58,687 nucleotides of DNA from a virus (taxonomy: Duplodnaviria > Caudoviricetes): positions 1 to 58,687 of the IMG/VR virus record IMGVR_UViG_3300021957_000041, one strand, 5' to 3'. Below the pieces are notes generated by a model. That model made no database searches. It was not told where the DNA came from and was given only the letters and a program-made list of their open reading frames with translations. The position numbers and the translations under genes are program-made. Below, piece after piece: positions 9,262 to 20,500 of the stretch (within the stretch, counting starts at the first letter, position 1; each line of letters opens with the position of its first letter).

Positions 9262-11367
9262 TTAATCTTCGTCTTCGTCTGCATCACCTCTTGCAAAAAT
9301 ACTTCCAACATATGTAAGAACATCTGAAGCACTATCTTCATCGTATCCAAATGATGTAATCAATCGTTGCTTCAACGCATCGATCTTTTCAAGAAGTTCT
9401 TTGTCAACTACAGTTGCGGTATCTTGAGCAAGAGCAGATAACTTGATGCTATCCTTGGTATCTTCAAACAACTTCTTTTCAAGTGCTTTGTATAACTGCT
9501 CATTAGAGTCGTATTTGAACTCTTTGCCTTTAGCGGCAAGTCCACCCATGTAATTCATAATTTCTCTACGGAAATCGTCCTTCATGCCATTGGAAATGCC
9601 AATCTTTTCTTCTATACTACGCATAAGTTGTTCATTGGCAACTTCTTCTTTACCGGTAACTTGGTTAGTAACTTTTTCGTCTTGAATATACGCAACGATG
9701 TTATCTATGTAGTTGGTACAAGTTGCTTTTATTGCTTCCTCACTACTACTAAGTGCTTGTTGTACTTCTCGTTTAACAATTCTGTCATATTCTTTTTCAA
9801 CTGCTTCAAGTCGTTCAAACATATTCTTTTTATTATCTTCACTATTAAACCCACTATAACTTTTAAGTCCTTCACGAATTTGTGCAAACAACATGAATGG
9901 ATTTAAACTTTTAGCACCCATTCTTGGATTTACAATTGCATTAGAAAATTGATTCTGAATGAATCGTGCGGATACTCCACCATATAATCCTTCTTTTGGT
10001 GATTCCTCTTGCATTTCTTTTACGTGTTCGTCCGTGAAACCATGTACACTTTGACCATTGTAAAGTTTTGCTTTTTGAATGATACCCATATCTTGCTTGG
10101 AACTTTCTTCCAAACGACTTACAACTGCGAACAACGCAGCCAAATAAGTTGTATGAGGAGCAATGTGCTTATTTACAGTGTTTTTGTTATAGAAGTGATC
10201 ATAAATCTTCTTTTCTTCGTCAATCTTGAGAAGATAAGGAATATCAATTTTAATTGTTCTGTCACGAAGTGCTTCCATGAATTTGTTGTTGGTCAACTTT
10301 TCAAACTCAGCATTATTGGTGTGACCAAGAATAACTTCATCAATAGGTACTTGATTGAAACGACGTGGTTTAACACGATGTTCTTGGGTTGCACCAAGTA
10401 AATCATACAAGAACTCAGTTTGAAGTTTAAGAATTTCTTGAAACTCAATCAAACCACGATTAGATACGAGGAATTCTCCATCAAAATCGAATGCTCGTGG
10501 ATCACTTTCACTTCCGTACTCTGCCAACTTTCGGTAATTAATATCACCTGTAAGTTCAGTTGCATCTTGTGACTTTTCATCTTTTGGTTGGAATGTACCG
10601 ATACCAATACGATTCTTTTCAGAAAGAGTAACACGGCGAATTACGATATGGTCAAGCACCTTACGATAATCACCACCATGCATTTCCATTAATTGATTAT
10701 AGTAAAATTCATTAACAGGATTTAGTGCTCCGTCTAATTTAATTTTGTAATCGTCATCACTTCTTTTTGAATTTAATTTATTGATGATTTCACTACGAAT
10801 ATCATCAGGAAGAAGTTTTAATGGTTCTTCGTTCATTGGACATGGAACTAAAATTTCTTTTCCTGCTTTGTCAGATACTTTCCAACTGAATGAATATAAA
10901 GCACCTTCTTCAGTTTGAGTATAATGTTCTAGTCCTTTTTTAAGAGCAGTAACGATAGTAGACTTACTACTTCCAACGGGACCATGTAAAAGAATAACAC
11001 GACGTTCAGGACCATAGTGACGACTTGCACTTTTAAGAATGTCCATAAATTCCATTAAATTTTCTTCTAAACCATAAATGGAAATATCACCAAGACCTTC
11101 AAAGAACTTGTATTTAACGTGTTGTCGTTTGCAATATGTAAATTCGGATGTTCCGTGAGACATCACCATATCGTAAAGTCTTTGGTAGGAGTTTCTTGCG
11201 ATTTGCGGAGCTTCTTCCAACATCTCAATATAATCCCAAAATGTACCCGTCCAATTTAAAGACTCATAGGTGCTCACCGCATCATCGTTATCGGACCTAA
11301 TCAAGGATTCGAGGGTGCTTGCTCTTTCCTTATTTTCTTTTTGTCGTTTTTTATTTTCCATAACCAT
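9262..11367 (-). CDS. prkA: PrkA/YeaG family AAA+ ATPase / serine protein kinase
   Basis: ARNSYQRLYDM, LLHGPVGSSKST (Walker A), CPMNEEPL, GIGTFQPKDEKSQD, SDPRAF, NRGLIEFQEILK, EALRDR and HIAPHT. Start at 11367 or 11361. Confidence 0.96.
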   Translation of the reverse strand: MVMENKKRQKENKERASTLESLIRSDNDDAVSTYESLNWTGTFWDYIEMLEEAPQIARNSYQRLYDMVMSHGTSEFTYCKRQHVKYKFFEGLGDISIYGLEENLMEFMDILKSASRHYGPERRVILLHGPVGSSKSTIVTALKKGLEHYTQTEEGALYSFSWKVSDKAGKEILVPCPMNEEPLKLLPDDIRSEIINKLNSKRSDDDYKIKLDGALNPVNEFYYNQLMEMHGGDYRKVLDHIVIRRVTLSEKNRIGIGTFQPKDEKSQDATELTGDINYRKLAEYGSESDPRAFDFDGEFLVSNRGLIEFQEILKLQTEFLYDLLGATQEHRVKPRRFNQVPIDEVILGHTNNAEFEKLTNNKFMEALRDRTIKIDIPYLLKIDEEKKIYDHFYNKNTVNKHIAPHTTYLAALFAVVSRLEESSKQDMGIIQKAKLYNGQSVHGFTDEHVKEMQEESPKEGLYGGVSARFIQNQFSNAIVNPRMGAKSLNPFMLFAQIREGLKSYSGFNSEDNKKNMFERLEAVEKEYDRIVKREVQQALSSSEEAIKATCTNYIDNIVAYIQDEKVTNQVTGKEEVANEQLMRSIEEKIGISNGMKDDFRREIMNYMGGLAAKGKEFKYDSNEQLYKALEKKLFEDTKDSIKLSALAQDTATVVDKELLEKIDALKQRLITSFGYDEDSASDVLTYVGSIFARGDADEDED

Positions 11368-11368
11368 T

Positions 11369-11397
11369 ACCTTATTTTATTTTTAATTAGTAGTCAA
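11369..11397 (-). promoter_or_regulatory. Possible sigma70-like promoter for the prkA operon (TTGACT-17-TAAGGT)
   Basis: TTGACT at 11397-11392 and a TAnnnT box 17 nt downstream. The AAGGT could instead be a ribosome-binding site. Confidence 0.45.
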
Positions 11398-11405
11398 CTT
11401 ATTTT

Positions 11406-11801
11406 TTAAACTTTTTTAATATTATACAGACGAGTGCTAACTTCTCTGTAAGAATCTCCGTCAACTAGCAGTATTTTGTTTTTGTATAAGTTCCAGTCAA
11501 TAACAAACTTGTTATCAAGTACACCGTTATTCAATTTTCTTATTAATGCGTTCAATGAGTTAATTGTATATAATGTGTTGGAATCTTTTTTTCTATGTAC
11601 ACTTATTGTATTTTTGTAGAAATTGTTAGAATTTAGAGTATCTTGATTTATGTTGTAAGTCAACATTAAACTATTTAAATCATCTATATCTTGTAAAATA
11701 AAAATTTTATCAAAAACTATATCGTAATACTTTTTTACTGCGTTTAATTCTGCATCATACGATTGCATATCGGTGAATGTACAAAGTAGTTTAGTTCTCA
11801 T
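11406..11801 (-). CDS. Hypothetical protein (131 aa)
   Basis: Clean ORF with AAGGTTAT upstream and a TATTTATA motif at 11827-11820. Contains KLLCTFT and HRKKDSNTLYTINSLN. Confidence 0.8.
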   Translation of the reverse strand: MRTKLLCTFTDMQSYDAELNAVKKYYDIVFDKIFILQDIDDLNSLMLTYNINQDTLNSNNFYKNTISVHRKKDSNTLYTINSLNALIRKLNNGVLDNKFVIDWNLYKNKILLVDGDSYREVSTRLYNIKKV

Positions 11802-11847
11802 AAGATATAACCTTTTGTGTATAAATATCTTATCGTCATTCTAAAAT

Positions 11848-13134
11848 TTAAATTTGCTTCATGTCTCCGTATGTTTTTCCGATATATGTTCTAACAGGAT
11901 ATTCGTTATTTGATGTAATAATTGGTTGTAGTTCTTTAATAATTTCAAATTCACTTTTGTGCATATCAAATAAAAACGCATCGTATGTGTATAATATCAT
12001 GCTCGATTTACGATTTTGCATAAACTTATTTATTTTCAAAATAACTTCGCAATTTTTTTCAGTTTCCGCTGACTGCAATAAATAATTGAATACTTTATAT
12101 GAATTTATTTTATCACCAAAAAACATAGATGCAATTTTTCGTTTATAGTACCATGTTTCAACATATTGATTTTTTTGGTAATAACTCCATACAAAATCTA
12201 CATACTCAGCAATTGCTTTCATAAAAGGAACATTTTGTTTTATATCATCACTTATTCCACCATAAATTAAGTTAAAAGTCACTTTCTTGGAAAACTCATA
12301 TTCTTCTTCGGTTAGTGTATCTTTTCCGTGATAATATTTTCCTAGATATTCATGTAAAGATGTAGAAGGTAAATCATACTTTAAATAATTACCCAATAAA
12401 CGCAGGTGATAACTTTCATAATCTACCATCACCAACAAACCATCTTCTCTGAATCTGCTTGTGAAACAATCACGTTGCCCAGTCTTTTTATTGAGTGCAG
12501 CGAAATTAACATTTCCAAATGCATTACTCGGACGACCTGTCGGAGTCATCATATTATATTGACTATAAACTAAATTATTTTCATCTACTAAATTAGTATC
12601 ACCCAAATTAAAGTTTGAAACAAACAATCCATTTTTTTCTATTCCATGCAATGCCGATGAAAAATCTCGTTCATATTCAAGTAAGTTGGAATCTAATTTT
12701 AAGTTTTCAACAGAACTGCACAATTCTTTGAAATGCTTTAATAATACCATTATAGGAACTGATCTTAAATCTTTCAATCTACTATGATTATATTCGTTGT
12801 TTAATTCAGTTTTATTTGACAGATACGAACACACCAATGCATCGGTTGAATTTTCAAATGTGTTCACATGATATTGAATTTTTTTTCTATCAAATATTAT
12901 TTTATTGCCCAATGTCTTGAATATCATGTTTAAATATTCCGATGGAATGTTCATAGAATCAGGATGATTAAATGAAATTACATAGAATTCCTTTTTAACA
13001 TTAACAAACAACGCAAGTGGTTTATTCTCGTGTGAATGTAAATTCGGATATGTGTAATACAAATTCAAAATACTTGAATTACAATCAAGCAACGAAAGAA
13101 GTTCTTTTGCTTCGTTGGGACTTTCTATAAACAT
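11848..13134 (-). CDS. Compact family-A DNA polymerase-like protein
   Basis: TPTGRPSN, motif A DYESYHLRL, motif B SKKVTFNLIYGG, NYLLQSAE, and motif C YTYDAFLFD. Confidence 0.8.
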   Translation of the reverse strand: MFIESPNEAKELLSLLDCNSSILNLYYTYPNLHSHENKPLALFVNVKKEFYVISFNHPDSMNIPSEYLNMIFKTLGNKIIFDRKKIQYHVNTFENSTDALVCSYLSNKTELNNEYNHSRLKDLRSVPIMVLLKHFKELCSSVENLKLDSNLLEYERDFSSALHGIEKNGLFVSNFNLGDTNLVDENNLVYSQYNMMTPTGRPSNAFGNVNFAALNKKTGQRDCFTSRFREDGLLVMVDYESYHLRLLGNYLKYDLPSTSLHEYLGKYYHGKDTLTEEEYEFSKKVTFNLIYGGISDDIKQNVPFMKAIAEYVDFVWSYYQKNQYVETWYYKRKIASMFFGDKINSYKVFNYLLQSAETEKNCEVILKINKFMQNRKSSMILYTYDAFLFDMHKSEFEIIKELQPIITSNNEYPVRTYIGKTYGDMKQI

Positions 13135-13142
13135 ATAATAAT

Positions 13143-13171
13143 ATTATATTATATATCTTTGTAAAATTCAA
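13143..13171 (-). promoter_or_regulatory. sigma70-like promoter (TTGAAT-17-TATAAT) 8 nt before the polA-like ATG
   Basis: Read directly. No Shine-Dalgarno sequence between the -10 box and ATG. Confidence 0.55.
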
Positions 13172-13574
13172 GTGGATTATTCAAGACCAAGTTTATATTA
13201 TTGATTGTCTTTTTAGCACGTGCGGTTGAATCTTTATTAAAATCACGAACTCCAACTATAGGACCATCGGAACTGTCAGTTGTCTCGGTGTTTCCTTTTA
13301 TTTTCCACAATACTCCGATGCAAGTATAAAAAGGATTTTTTTGCAAAGAGTTAAACTGAACACTATCAACTTCATAAACAGTTGCAGTTGCTGAATTTGA
13401 TTTTTGTGCAAAGTATCTTACCATTACTTCGTTGCTATAATCAATTTCGTCTTCACTTGGTTTTTTATACTTTGGATTTAAAAACATATACCCAGATTCT
13501 CTTTTTCCACGATGTTTTGATAAAACCTTATAGAAATTGTTCATGTATATATTTTCGTGTTCTTCGTATTTCAT
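13149..13574 (-). CDS. Hypothetical protein at the end of the baseplate operon
   Basis: ORF tightly coupled to the upstream gene. Contains VRYFAQK, YEVD, WKIKG and NPLEFYK. Confidence 0.7.
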   Translation of the reverse strand: MKYEEHENIYMNNFYKVLSKHRGKRESGYMFLNPKYKKPSEDEIDYSNEVMVRYFAQKSNSATATVYEVDSVQFNSLQKNPFYTCIGVLWKIKGNTETTDSSDGPIVGVRDFNKDSTARAKKTINNINLVLNNPLEFYKDI

Positions 13575-13576
13575 TT

Positions 13577-16500
13577 TTAATCTGCTCCAGGATAATAATG
13601 AGATTCAATTGTAGTTGACCAATCTCCGTCTCCAATTGAGTGCTTGATTCCAGTTATAGCAAAAATCCCCTTTTCAAAGTATCTTTTTGGAATTCCGGCA
13701 CAATTAAATGTATCGTATAAACGCAAACCTTCAACTCCATCTATTTTCATTGTAAGTTCAACTCCAGGTAAGGGCATATTATTAATAATATTATTTTTTG
13801 GACTTGGATCGAGTTCACAAAAGTCTTTCATTCTATTTCTATCAATATCAACAAGTTCAATGTTTATTTCATAATCATTTTTATCTGTACCATAACCATC
13901 ATCATGTATTTTAACATTTGCTCTGGATACAGACATTTTTTGACTCATATTATTATTTGATTTATATGTTAATATATCTTGTTTATCTAAATACTCTTCA
14001 CTTAAATTATTTTGTTTTATATATTTTGCAATTTTTGGGTCTAAATGCTCAGAGTTTTCCGAATCAAAGTCATCACCATGTTTTTCTTTTGCATTGTGAT
14101 ATGCTTGCAAAGCAGATGGATGTAAAGACGTTTCTTGTCCAGGAAGTTCTTCTAAATGGACTTCATATGGAAAATCCATTTCTTCTTCAATTTCATATCC
14201 GTCTCCAGTCCAATCAGGATCTTTGTATGTAGGATTCCATGTAATTGACACAATCTTATAATTTTTATCATCATCTGGCCAATCTTGTTGGTATGGTTCT
14301 TTCCACACATCATTCAACCCACTCGTATAAGTTCCAAAATGTATTACCTTGCCTACTAAATGTAAAGTTGGTCTTTTTTTCACTCTTTCACGATCCATGT
14401 CGTCATTTACCAGGTCACCACTATGCTTCCAGACCCTATCGTTAGTTGAACCCTCTTTACCTTCACTTTTCGCAACTTTATTTACAAAATCATAATCTGC
14501 TTTAATTTGAAATGTCCGTTTGCGTTTAATATCACCGGGACCAACTGCACTTCCATAACTCTTTTTTTTCTTTTGCTTTTTAGCAGAACCAGTTTTTAAA
14601 CTAGATTCATTTTTATTTTTATCTTTTTTGATATTATCTATATTTTTCTCTCGGTCTGCTTCACTATCTGCTTTTAAAGTTTTTTTCTTTCCATCTTTAT
14701 CTGTGTATGAAATATCCCACTGACCAAGGTCTTCGTCTACTGGATACGAAGGAAACGAAGCAGATGTTGCATCTACTCCGAAAAATTTACTTGAAGCAGT
14801 AACAATATATTTTTCAGGATCTTCTATGTTAGTGGGATGTTTATCAACATCTTTTAAATTTGCCACCGCACCTTCCAATGGATTTTTTGCTCCTTTTAAA
14901 ATTAAGTCATGGTCTTCTTTTGCAAAAAAACCATTCTTTTTATCCAAGTTACCAAATACTATCATAGATGCCATTTCAGATGTTGGTTCTACACTTAAAT
15001 CAAGTTCTCTTACCATACTATCCCCACGGTGAGACGGAAATACCCACGCATCTAATTTTTGTTGACCAACGGTTTCTGATCCAGAGAAATTTTGATCTAC
15101 CAATGCCAATGCAATATTAGATGAAGTATGAATATCTCTTCCAATTATGGCAAATTTCCATATATTACCCGCAGCCGCAGATACCTTTCGCATAATATCA
15201 AGTAATATTGCAGACGCATTTTCACCGTGATTGAATGAGTCCGTGATTACATCCAAATTGACATATAAATCTTCAATCCGTCCTGAGTAACCCATTGTGT
15301 TTCCAGTGATTCCGGGACCCTCTTCTGTATCCGATGCGAAGTCTGGAAAAGGACGAACGCAATCGTTTGCTTCTACCCATGCTTGACTAAGACGATCTAT
15401 TTTTTTCTGCCCATGTGACAATGCAACTGCTTCTTTTAAATTTAGATCAAATTTATTGGAAATCGCAGGATGTTGTAAATTGTATCCCGAAGTTGCTTTT
15501 ACCGAAAGTATTTGGTACAAATCGTCTCTTGGACTCATTTTTAGTGCTTCGTCTACCGTTGCAGGTGGACTTTTTCCGGGATTCATTGCTTTTACAATAT
15601 CTATAAATGCCCGTGAAGTATCTTTATAACATTGCTTTGATCCTCCAGCTTCACCTTTTTTCAAAACAGAATATCCTGATGGTCTTGATGAATGTGCTCC
15701 TGCGGATTTTGTTTTGGCAATGGTTGAACCATTAAATGTTTCGGTATTCCATCTAGGTGCTACTGAATTTGGTATTAATAAAACACTTCCATCCACCGAT
15801 TTTATATTTGGATGAGCAACACATCTGCATCCATAGACCGTGAAGTGTGATATATGTGCATTGGTCTGCTCTGACCTCCTCGCAAAAAACATATTAAATA
15901 TATCAATCAAATATCCAACTGTTATGTAAGTTCCTCCGTTTGCATTTGATTTTCCAGCCATAAAAGGTTTTGAAGAATCATACATATTGAAACTAAAATA
16001 ACGACCTCGTGCAAGTTTATATGCTTCTTCTTCGGCTGCTTTTACAGCTTTATCATCCGCACTACCACGAATCTCCTCTTTTAGTTTTTGATCCGTTGGA
16101 GACAATCCTTCGTTCATGGTTGAACCTATATCATACTTACCCAAAAGTGAACGTCTTAATGTTTTATTAACGAAGGTTTTAATATCAGTAAACTTAGAAT
16201 CTTCTTTTTGTTTATCAACCGCACCCGATGCCATGATTTGCTGGCCAACTTCTGACATACAAGAAATTTGTATAGAGCAATCATAACCACCATCATCTCT
16301 CATACTATAATTAAAGTTTGTAATCAATCCCATCGCAAATCCATAATTACCACACCCTCTACGAATATGTTCAGATGCAGGTGATGGATTTGGAAGTACA
16401 TCATTTTTAAAATTTGATTTTTCATTATTCCACAAACGATGAACTTCCCAATATTCATCGGCACATCTTGTAATAAGAGCATCCCTTGGAAATGTATTCC

Positions 16501-17230
16501 ACCCCCATTCAACTATTGCAGTCATTCCTGGTTGAAAAAAGTAAGGTTGTAAATAATCTAGTTGGTCTTGACTCCAACACGTAAAATTAACTGTTGTTTT
16601 TCTAAAGTTTTTACCAGGTTCGATATCTTCGGATTCTATGCTTGTTATTCCAGGTGATGGTCTAAATTTGTAACTTTTTTCATCTATTTCATGTCGTCTT
16701 GGTTGTTTACTTAAATCATATCCCAATAAAGTTTTTGCTTCACCTCCACCACCATTTACTCCGTCACCAGGATCAAATCCATATGTATCGTGGAAATTTC
16801 CATTGCCACCAAGAACAAAACCTTGAAAATCCTTATCAGGATCATCGGAGTCTTGTACTATTGCACTTGATACTACAGTACCCCATGCAGTTTTAGGTCC
16901 TTTGTATATTTTTTGATCCCACTCTGCTAAGTGCTCTGCATTTTGTGACGCAACTGCGTCATATCCAAATTGATCCGAATAAGCATTGTATTGAGTTGAT
17001 TCACCGGCCGCATAATTTTCTGCACCAGGTGTAAGATGTGTATATTGTAATCCGAAATTTCTCCAACGATTTAAAAACTCCTCACGAACCCACTTACGAA
17101 TTTGATTCCGTGCGGGAAATTGCAAATCGTCTTCTACACACCAATCTTTTTCCGCAAACGCATCAAGTGGTTGACCGTGTACATTTGAACCATGTAATTG
17201 TTCGTCCGCAGATTTAGGTGCTTTTGCCAT
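13577..17230 (-). CDS. Baseplate hub-like protein (gp27/GpD-like), 1217 aa
   Basis: Position after a LysM-like wedge gene. C-terminal ELTMKIDGVEG...FAITGIKHSIGDGDWSTTIE resembles hub-protein termini. Also PSPGITSI and VEWGW. Confidence 0.6.
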   Translation of the reverse strand: MAKAPKSADEQLHGSNVHGQPLDAFAEKDWCVEDDLQFPARNQIRKWVREEFLNRWRNFGLQYTHLTPGAENYAAGESTQYNAYSDQFGYDAVASQNAEHLAEWDQKIYKGPKTAWGTVVSSAIVQDSDDPDKDFQGFVLGGNGNFHDTYGFDPGDGVNGGGGEAKTLLGYDLSKQPRRHEIDEKSYKFRPSPGITSIESEDIEPGKNFRKTTVNFTCWSQDQLDYLQPYFFQPGMTAIVEWGWNTFPRDALITRCADEYWEVHRLWNNEKSNFKNDVLPNPSPASEHIRRGCGNYGFAMGLITNFNYSMRDDGGYDCSIQISCMSEVGQQIMASGAVDKQKEDSKFTDIKTFVNKTLRRSLLGKYDIGSTMNEGLSPTDQKLKEEIRGSADDKAVKAAEEEAYKLARGRYFSFNMYDSSKPFMAGKSNANGGTYITVGYLIDIFNMFFARRSEQTNAHISHFTVYGCRCVAHPNIKSVDGSVLLIPNSVAPRWNTETFNGSTIAKTKSAGAHSSRPSGYSVLKKGEAGGSKQCYKDTSRAFIDIVKAMNPGKSPPATVDEALKMSPRDDLYQILSVKATSGYNLQHPAISNKFDLNLKEAVALSHGQKKIDRLSQAWVEANDCVRPFPDFASDTEEGPGITGNTMGYSGRIEDLYVNLDVITDSFNHGENASAILLDIMRKVSAAAGNIWKFAIIGRDIHTSSNIALALVDQNFSGSETVGQQKLDAWVFPSHRGDSMVRELDLSVEPTSEMASMIVFGNLDKKNGFFAKEDHDLILKGAKNPLEGAVANLKDVDKHPTNIEDPEKYIVTASSKFFGVDATSASFPSYPVDEDLGQWDISYTDKDGKKKTLKADSEADREKNIDNIKKDKNKNESSLKTGSAKKQKKKKSYGSAVGPGDIKRKRTFQIKADYDFVNKVAKSEGKEGSTNDRVWKHSGDLVNDDMDRERVKKRPTLHLVGKVIHFGTYTSGLNDVWKEPYQQDWPDDDKNYKIVSITWNPTYKDPDWTGDGYEIEEEMDFPYEVHLEELPGQETSLHPSALQAYHNAKEKHGDDFDSENSEHLDPKIAKYIKQNNLSEEYLDKQDILTYKSNNNMSQKMSVSRANVKIHDDGYGTDKNDYEINIELVDIDRNRMKDFCELDPSPKNNIINNMPLPGVELTMKIDGVEGLRLYDTFNCAGIPKRYFEKGIFAITGIKHSIGDGDWSTTIESHYYPGAD

Positions 17231-17523
17231 TATATATTATTGATTCTATTGTATTCGGAAATTATTCTATTAATATCACGTGGAATTCTTATTTGCGAGC
17301 CTAATTTAGCATACATTGTACCTTTGATGTCGTTTGCATTAGCAATTATCCACCAATAATTTGGATTTCCGTAAAATCTATGTGCTAGGTGATCGAGTCG
17401 TGTTTTTTCTACCATCACAACAAAAGTATCTGTACTTTGTTTTCTAATAGCAGGAATAATGGAAGTTGAAACAATGGTGTTTCCATTTTCATCTTTTTTT
17501 GTTGGTATTGATTTGTATCTCAT
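17230..17523 (-). CDS. LysM-like baseplate wedge protein (gp53/tail-X-like)
   Basis: TRLDHLAHRFYGNPNYWWIIANAN...GSQIRIP signature. Confidence 0.85.
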   Translation of the reverse strand: MRYKSIPTKKDENGNTIVSTSIIPAIRKQSTDTFVVMVEKTRLDHLAHRFYGNPNYWWIIANANDIKGTMYAKLGSQIRIPRDINRIISEYNRINNI

Positions 17524-17534
17524 AATAGTTTCGT

Positions 17535-20500
17535 TTAAAAATCAGCATATTCTTCTTCGTATTCTTTTCTCCACTGCTCCAACTCATTTGCTTCTCTAAC
17601 AGTTAACCACCACCTTGCAGTCCAAACTTGACGTCTTCCGTCCGATGAAGGATTTATTTTTATAATATGTTTAAATTTTTCTGCTATCTTTTTAACTGGT
17701 TCAGATGTGGGAATTAAATCTCGTGGTACTTTTAGTAACACTTCCATATCATAATTTGCGTTGTCTTCACTCATTGTTCTAATTGAAATATCAGCAGGCT
17801 GCGTACCAACTGGAATAGATTTACTTCGTCCAACCATTGCTTTATATTTAAATCCAGTAACAGGGTCTTTTACAATTGTAGGAACATCAATACTACTATC
17901 AGACGGACAATCTGATAATTTCTCATTATATCCTACTTTGGATTCACCTTTATATGTCTCGGTTGCATTCCATGTTCTTGATTTTTCTGCAATATATGCT
18001 TCTCGTTCATCACCTTCCAACGCATTTCCTTTATTCACAATAAAAGTATTTTCTTTCATATTCCACACATCAACTGCATCTGATTTTCCTTGGAAGTATA
18101 CCTTTTCACACTTCTTTTCACCTTTATCGTTTTCCTTCCAGTCTGACCTATTATACTCTCCATACTCTGAATATATTTTTGCTCCCAATTTTCTACAAGC
18201 AAGATACAATGAAACTTTTCTTTTCCATTTTGTTCCGGCATCAGATCTCTCTGCTGATCTGCGTTCAGATTCAGATAATGAACAATATTCTGCACTTGTT
18301 TTAAATTTTTCATCATTTGGTTTTGGGTAATCTGCACAATCTGGATCTACAACCGGAGTTGGTGTCGTAAATTTACTTCCTTTAACTTCAACCATGTGCT
18401 TACCGGCATCCGAACTTCTTGATACAGAACCATTTTTAATTTCTTGTGCAATTACACTTATTTCATAATAACCATCGTCAACCGATGCTTGAGGTGATGC
18501 TTCTGTTTTTTCGGAAAACTGTACAATTCCATAGTCTTTTAAAGTTTCTTTTGATGCCGATACACCGGTTATATTGCCGTTTGAATCATTTACGGTTTTA
18601 ATTGACCTAAGTGTTGATTTGTATCTATTTGCTCCTTGTATCGCAGACCACTTCCACATTGGACGAGAATTTTCAGTTGGAGAACTTGAGTGCGGTTCTG
18701 GTGTTTTTAATTTTTCATCAGGACTATCAGTTGTTTCACCTCCACCTTTTACATCTTTGGTAGTAGGACCACAAGTTACATCAAAATCATAACCACTTAA
18801 ACTATCTGCATTGAGCATAACAGGAATTCCACTTGTTGCTCCGTCTTTGATTTTAGTGATTGAATCTCCTTGATACATCCACTTCATTTGATTTTGTTCA
18901 TATACTGAAATTAAATACGACCCATCGAATGAAATTGATACTTTTTTAGCATCAGGACATGGATACGTTAAACTTCCTTTATCTTCTTTTGCCATGATGT
19001 ATGCCATTGTATCACCTATCCACAATTTTACATTTCTTTCAATTGCGGATTCCATTAATTGTCCAGATTTTAATCCTATGTCTCGTCCTTCTCCATCTTT
19101 TTCTCCTTCACTTCCGAGTTTATATGGACACTTTGGTGGTTTGGGTGGTACAGAACGTTTGTCAATTTTTACTTCGTGTGTTCCAAATGTTGACCAATCG
19201 AGTCCAGTACCTGATTTGTTTGGTACTCCTGCTTTTACTTTTATTGTATATAATCCCGTCTTTAAAGATTTAGGTGCTTTGAAATATGTTCGTTTGGTTA
19301 CAAAAGTTGCTCCTTCAAAAAATATTTCATATCTTTCAGCAGACGCAACAGCAGGCCATTTCCATGTGGGTTGTTTGTTTGGAGTTGGAGTTTCAGTCTT
19401 TGGTTTAGGTTCAGGAACTATTCCACGAGTTTCTCGTTCTGCACCAGGCACCGATCCTTTACCATCATCATTAAATTCTATTTTCTCAAGAACATGATCT
19501 TTTTTCCAAGGTAAAAAGTATTTTGATTTGTCTGACGATTTGTTGGAGAAATACACACCTTGACCAAGAACATCTTCATCATCCTTTTCCAATATTTCAT
19601 TTACGTCTTCGAGTCTTCGTTCTGCGGTTGCAAGTGATGCTTCAATTTGATTTAAATCATTATTTTTAAATTGAAGTTGATTAACTACAGTGAGTCGTCC
19701 TACATTTGCTCGTTTTCTAAATTCAAAATCTGCTTCTTTTTGTGCTTCTTTAGATGTACCTTTTAATAAAACCAAATAATTTTCTATTTGAATTTGAGTT
19801 GCGTCTAAATTATATTTCTCTGATATAATTGCTTGATACTTCATATCCTGCATTCTATCAATTACCAATTGTTTTTGGTCTCCTTTCCAATCACCCACTA
19901 TAAAATCTTTGTAGTTTGCGACAGGTAAATTTTTATCTCTCATTTGTGCATGAAGAGTTTCTACCTTAACTTTTTTCTGTTTTAAATCCTCTATGTGTTC
20001 GTTTAAAAATCTTGATTCACTTTTTCCTAGTTTTTTTGCTTTTTGTGCATCATTTTGTGTATCAGTTCCGTCTCCCCCCATTCCTTCAATTTCTCTTCGT
20101 TGGCCGAGTTTATATTCAGTTCCATTTAATTTAAACAATTGGTCAAATATATGATCTGCGGCTTTATCTTCCAAATATTTATCGGTTCCTGTACCAGATA
20201 GTTTTCTTTTTGTTTTACTAACCGTAGCAAAAAATCCAAGTTTCAATTCAGCATATTTTTTTCCATCACCTAAATTTAACTGATCAGATACATCTGGATT
20301 TACTTCGTAATTAACATACTCAGGGTTTCCACTTGGAAATACTTTGACCCCCTTGATTAGTTTTTCACGATCTTCTTCATATGGTACATAATAAATTTTA
20401 TCTGTATCTACTGGCGTTCCTTTGTGTTCATCACTTGTTAAATCTTTAAATGACCACAATTTATCGTTATCCCCCCATAAAGGAACCGTTAATGCTCTAC

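Noticed and set aside
6518-11367. prkA-yeaH-spoVR as host chromosome flanking a prophage
   Set aside because: The module is bounded on both sides by phage genes on the same strand with tight spacing, and no integrase, att-like repeat or other housekeeping genes were seen. Chimeric assembly cannot be fully excluded without reads.
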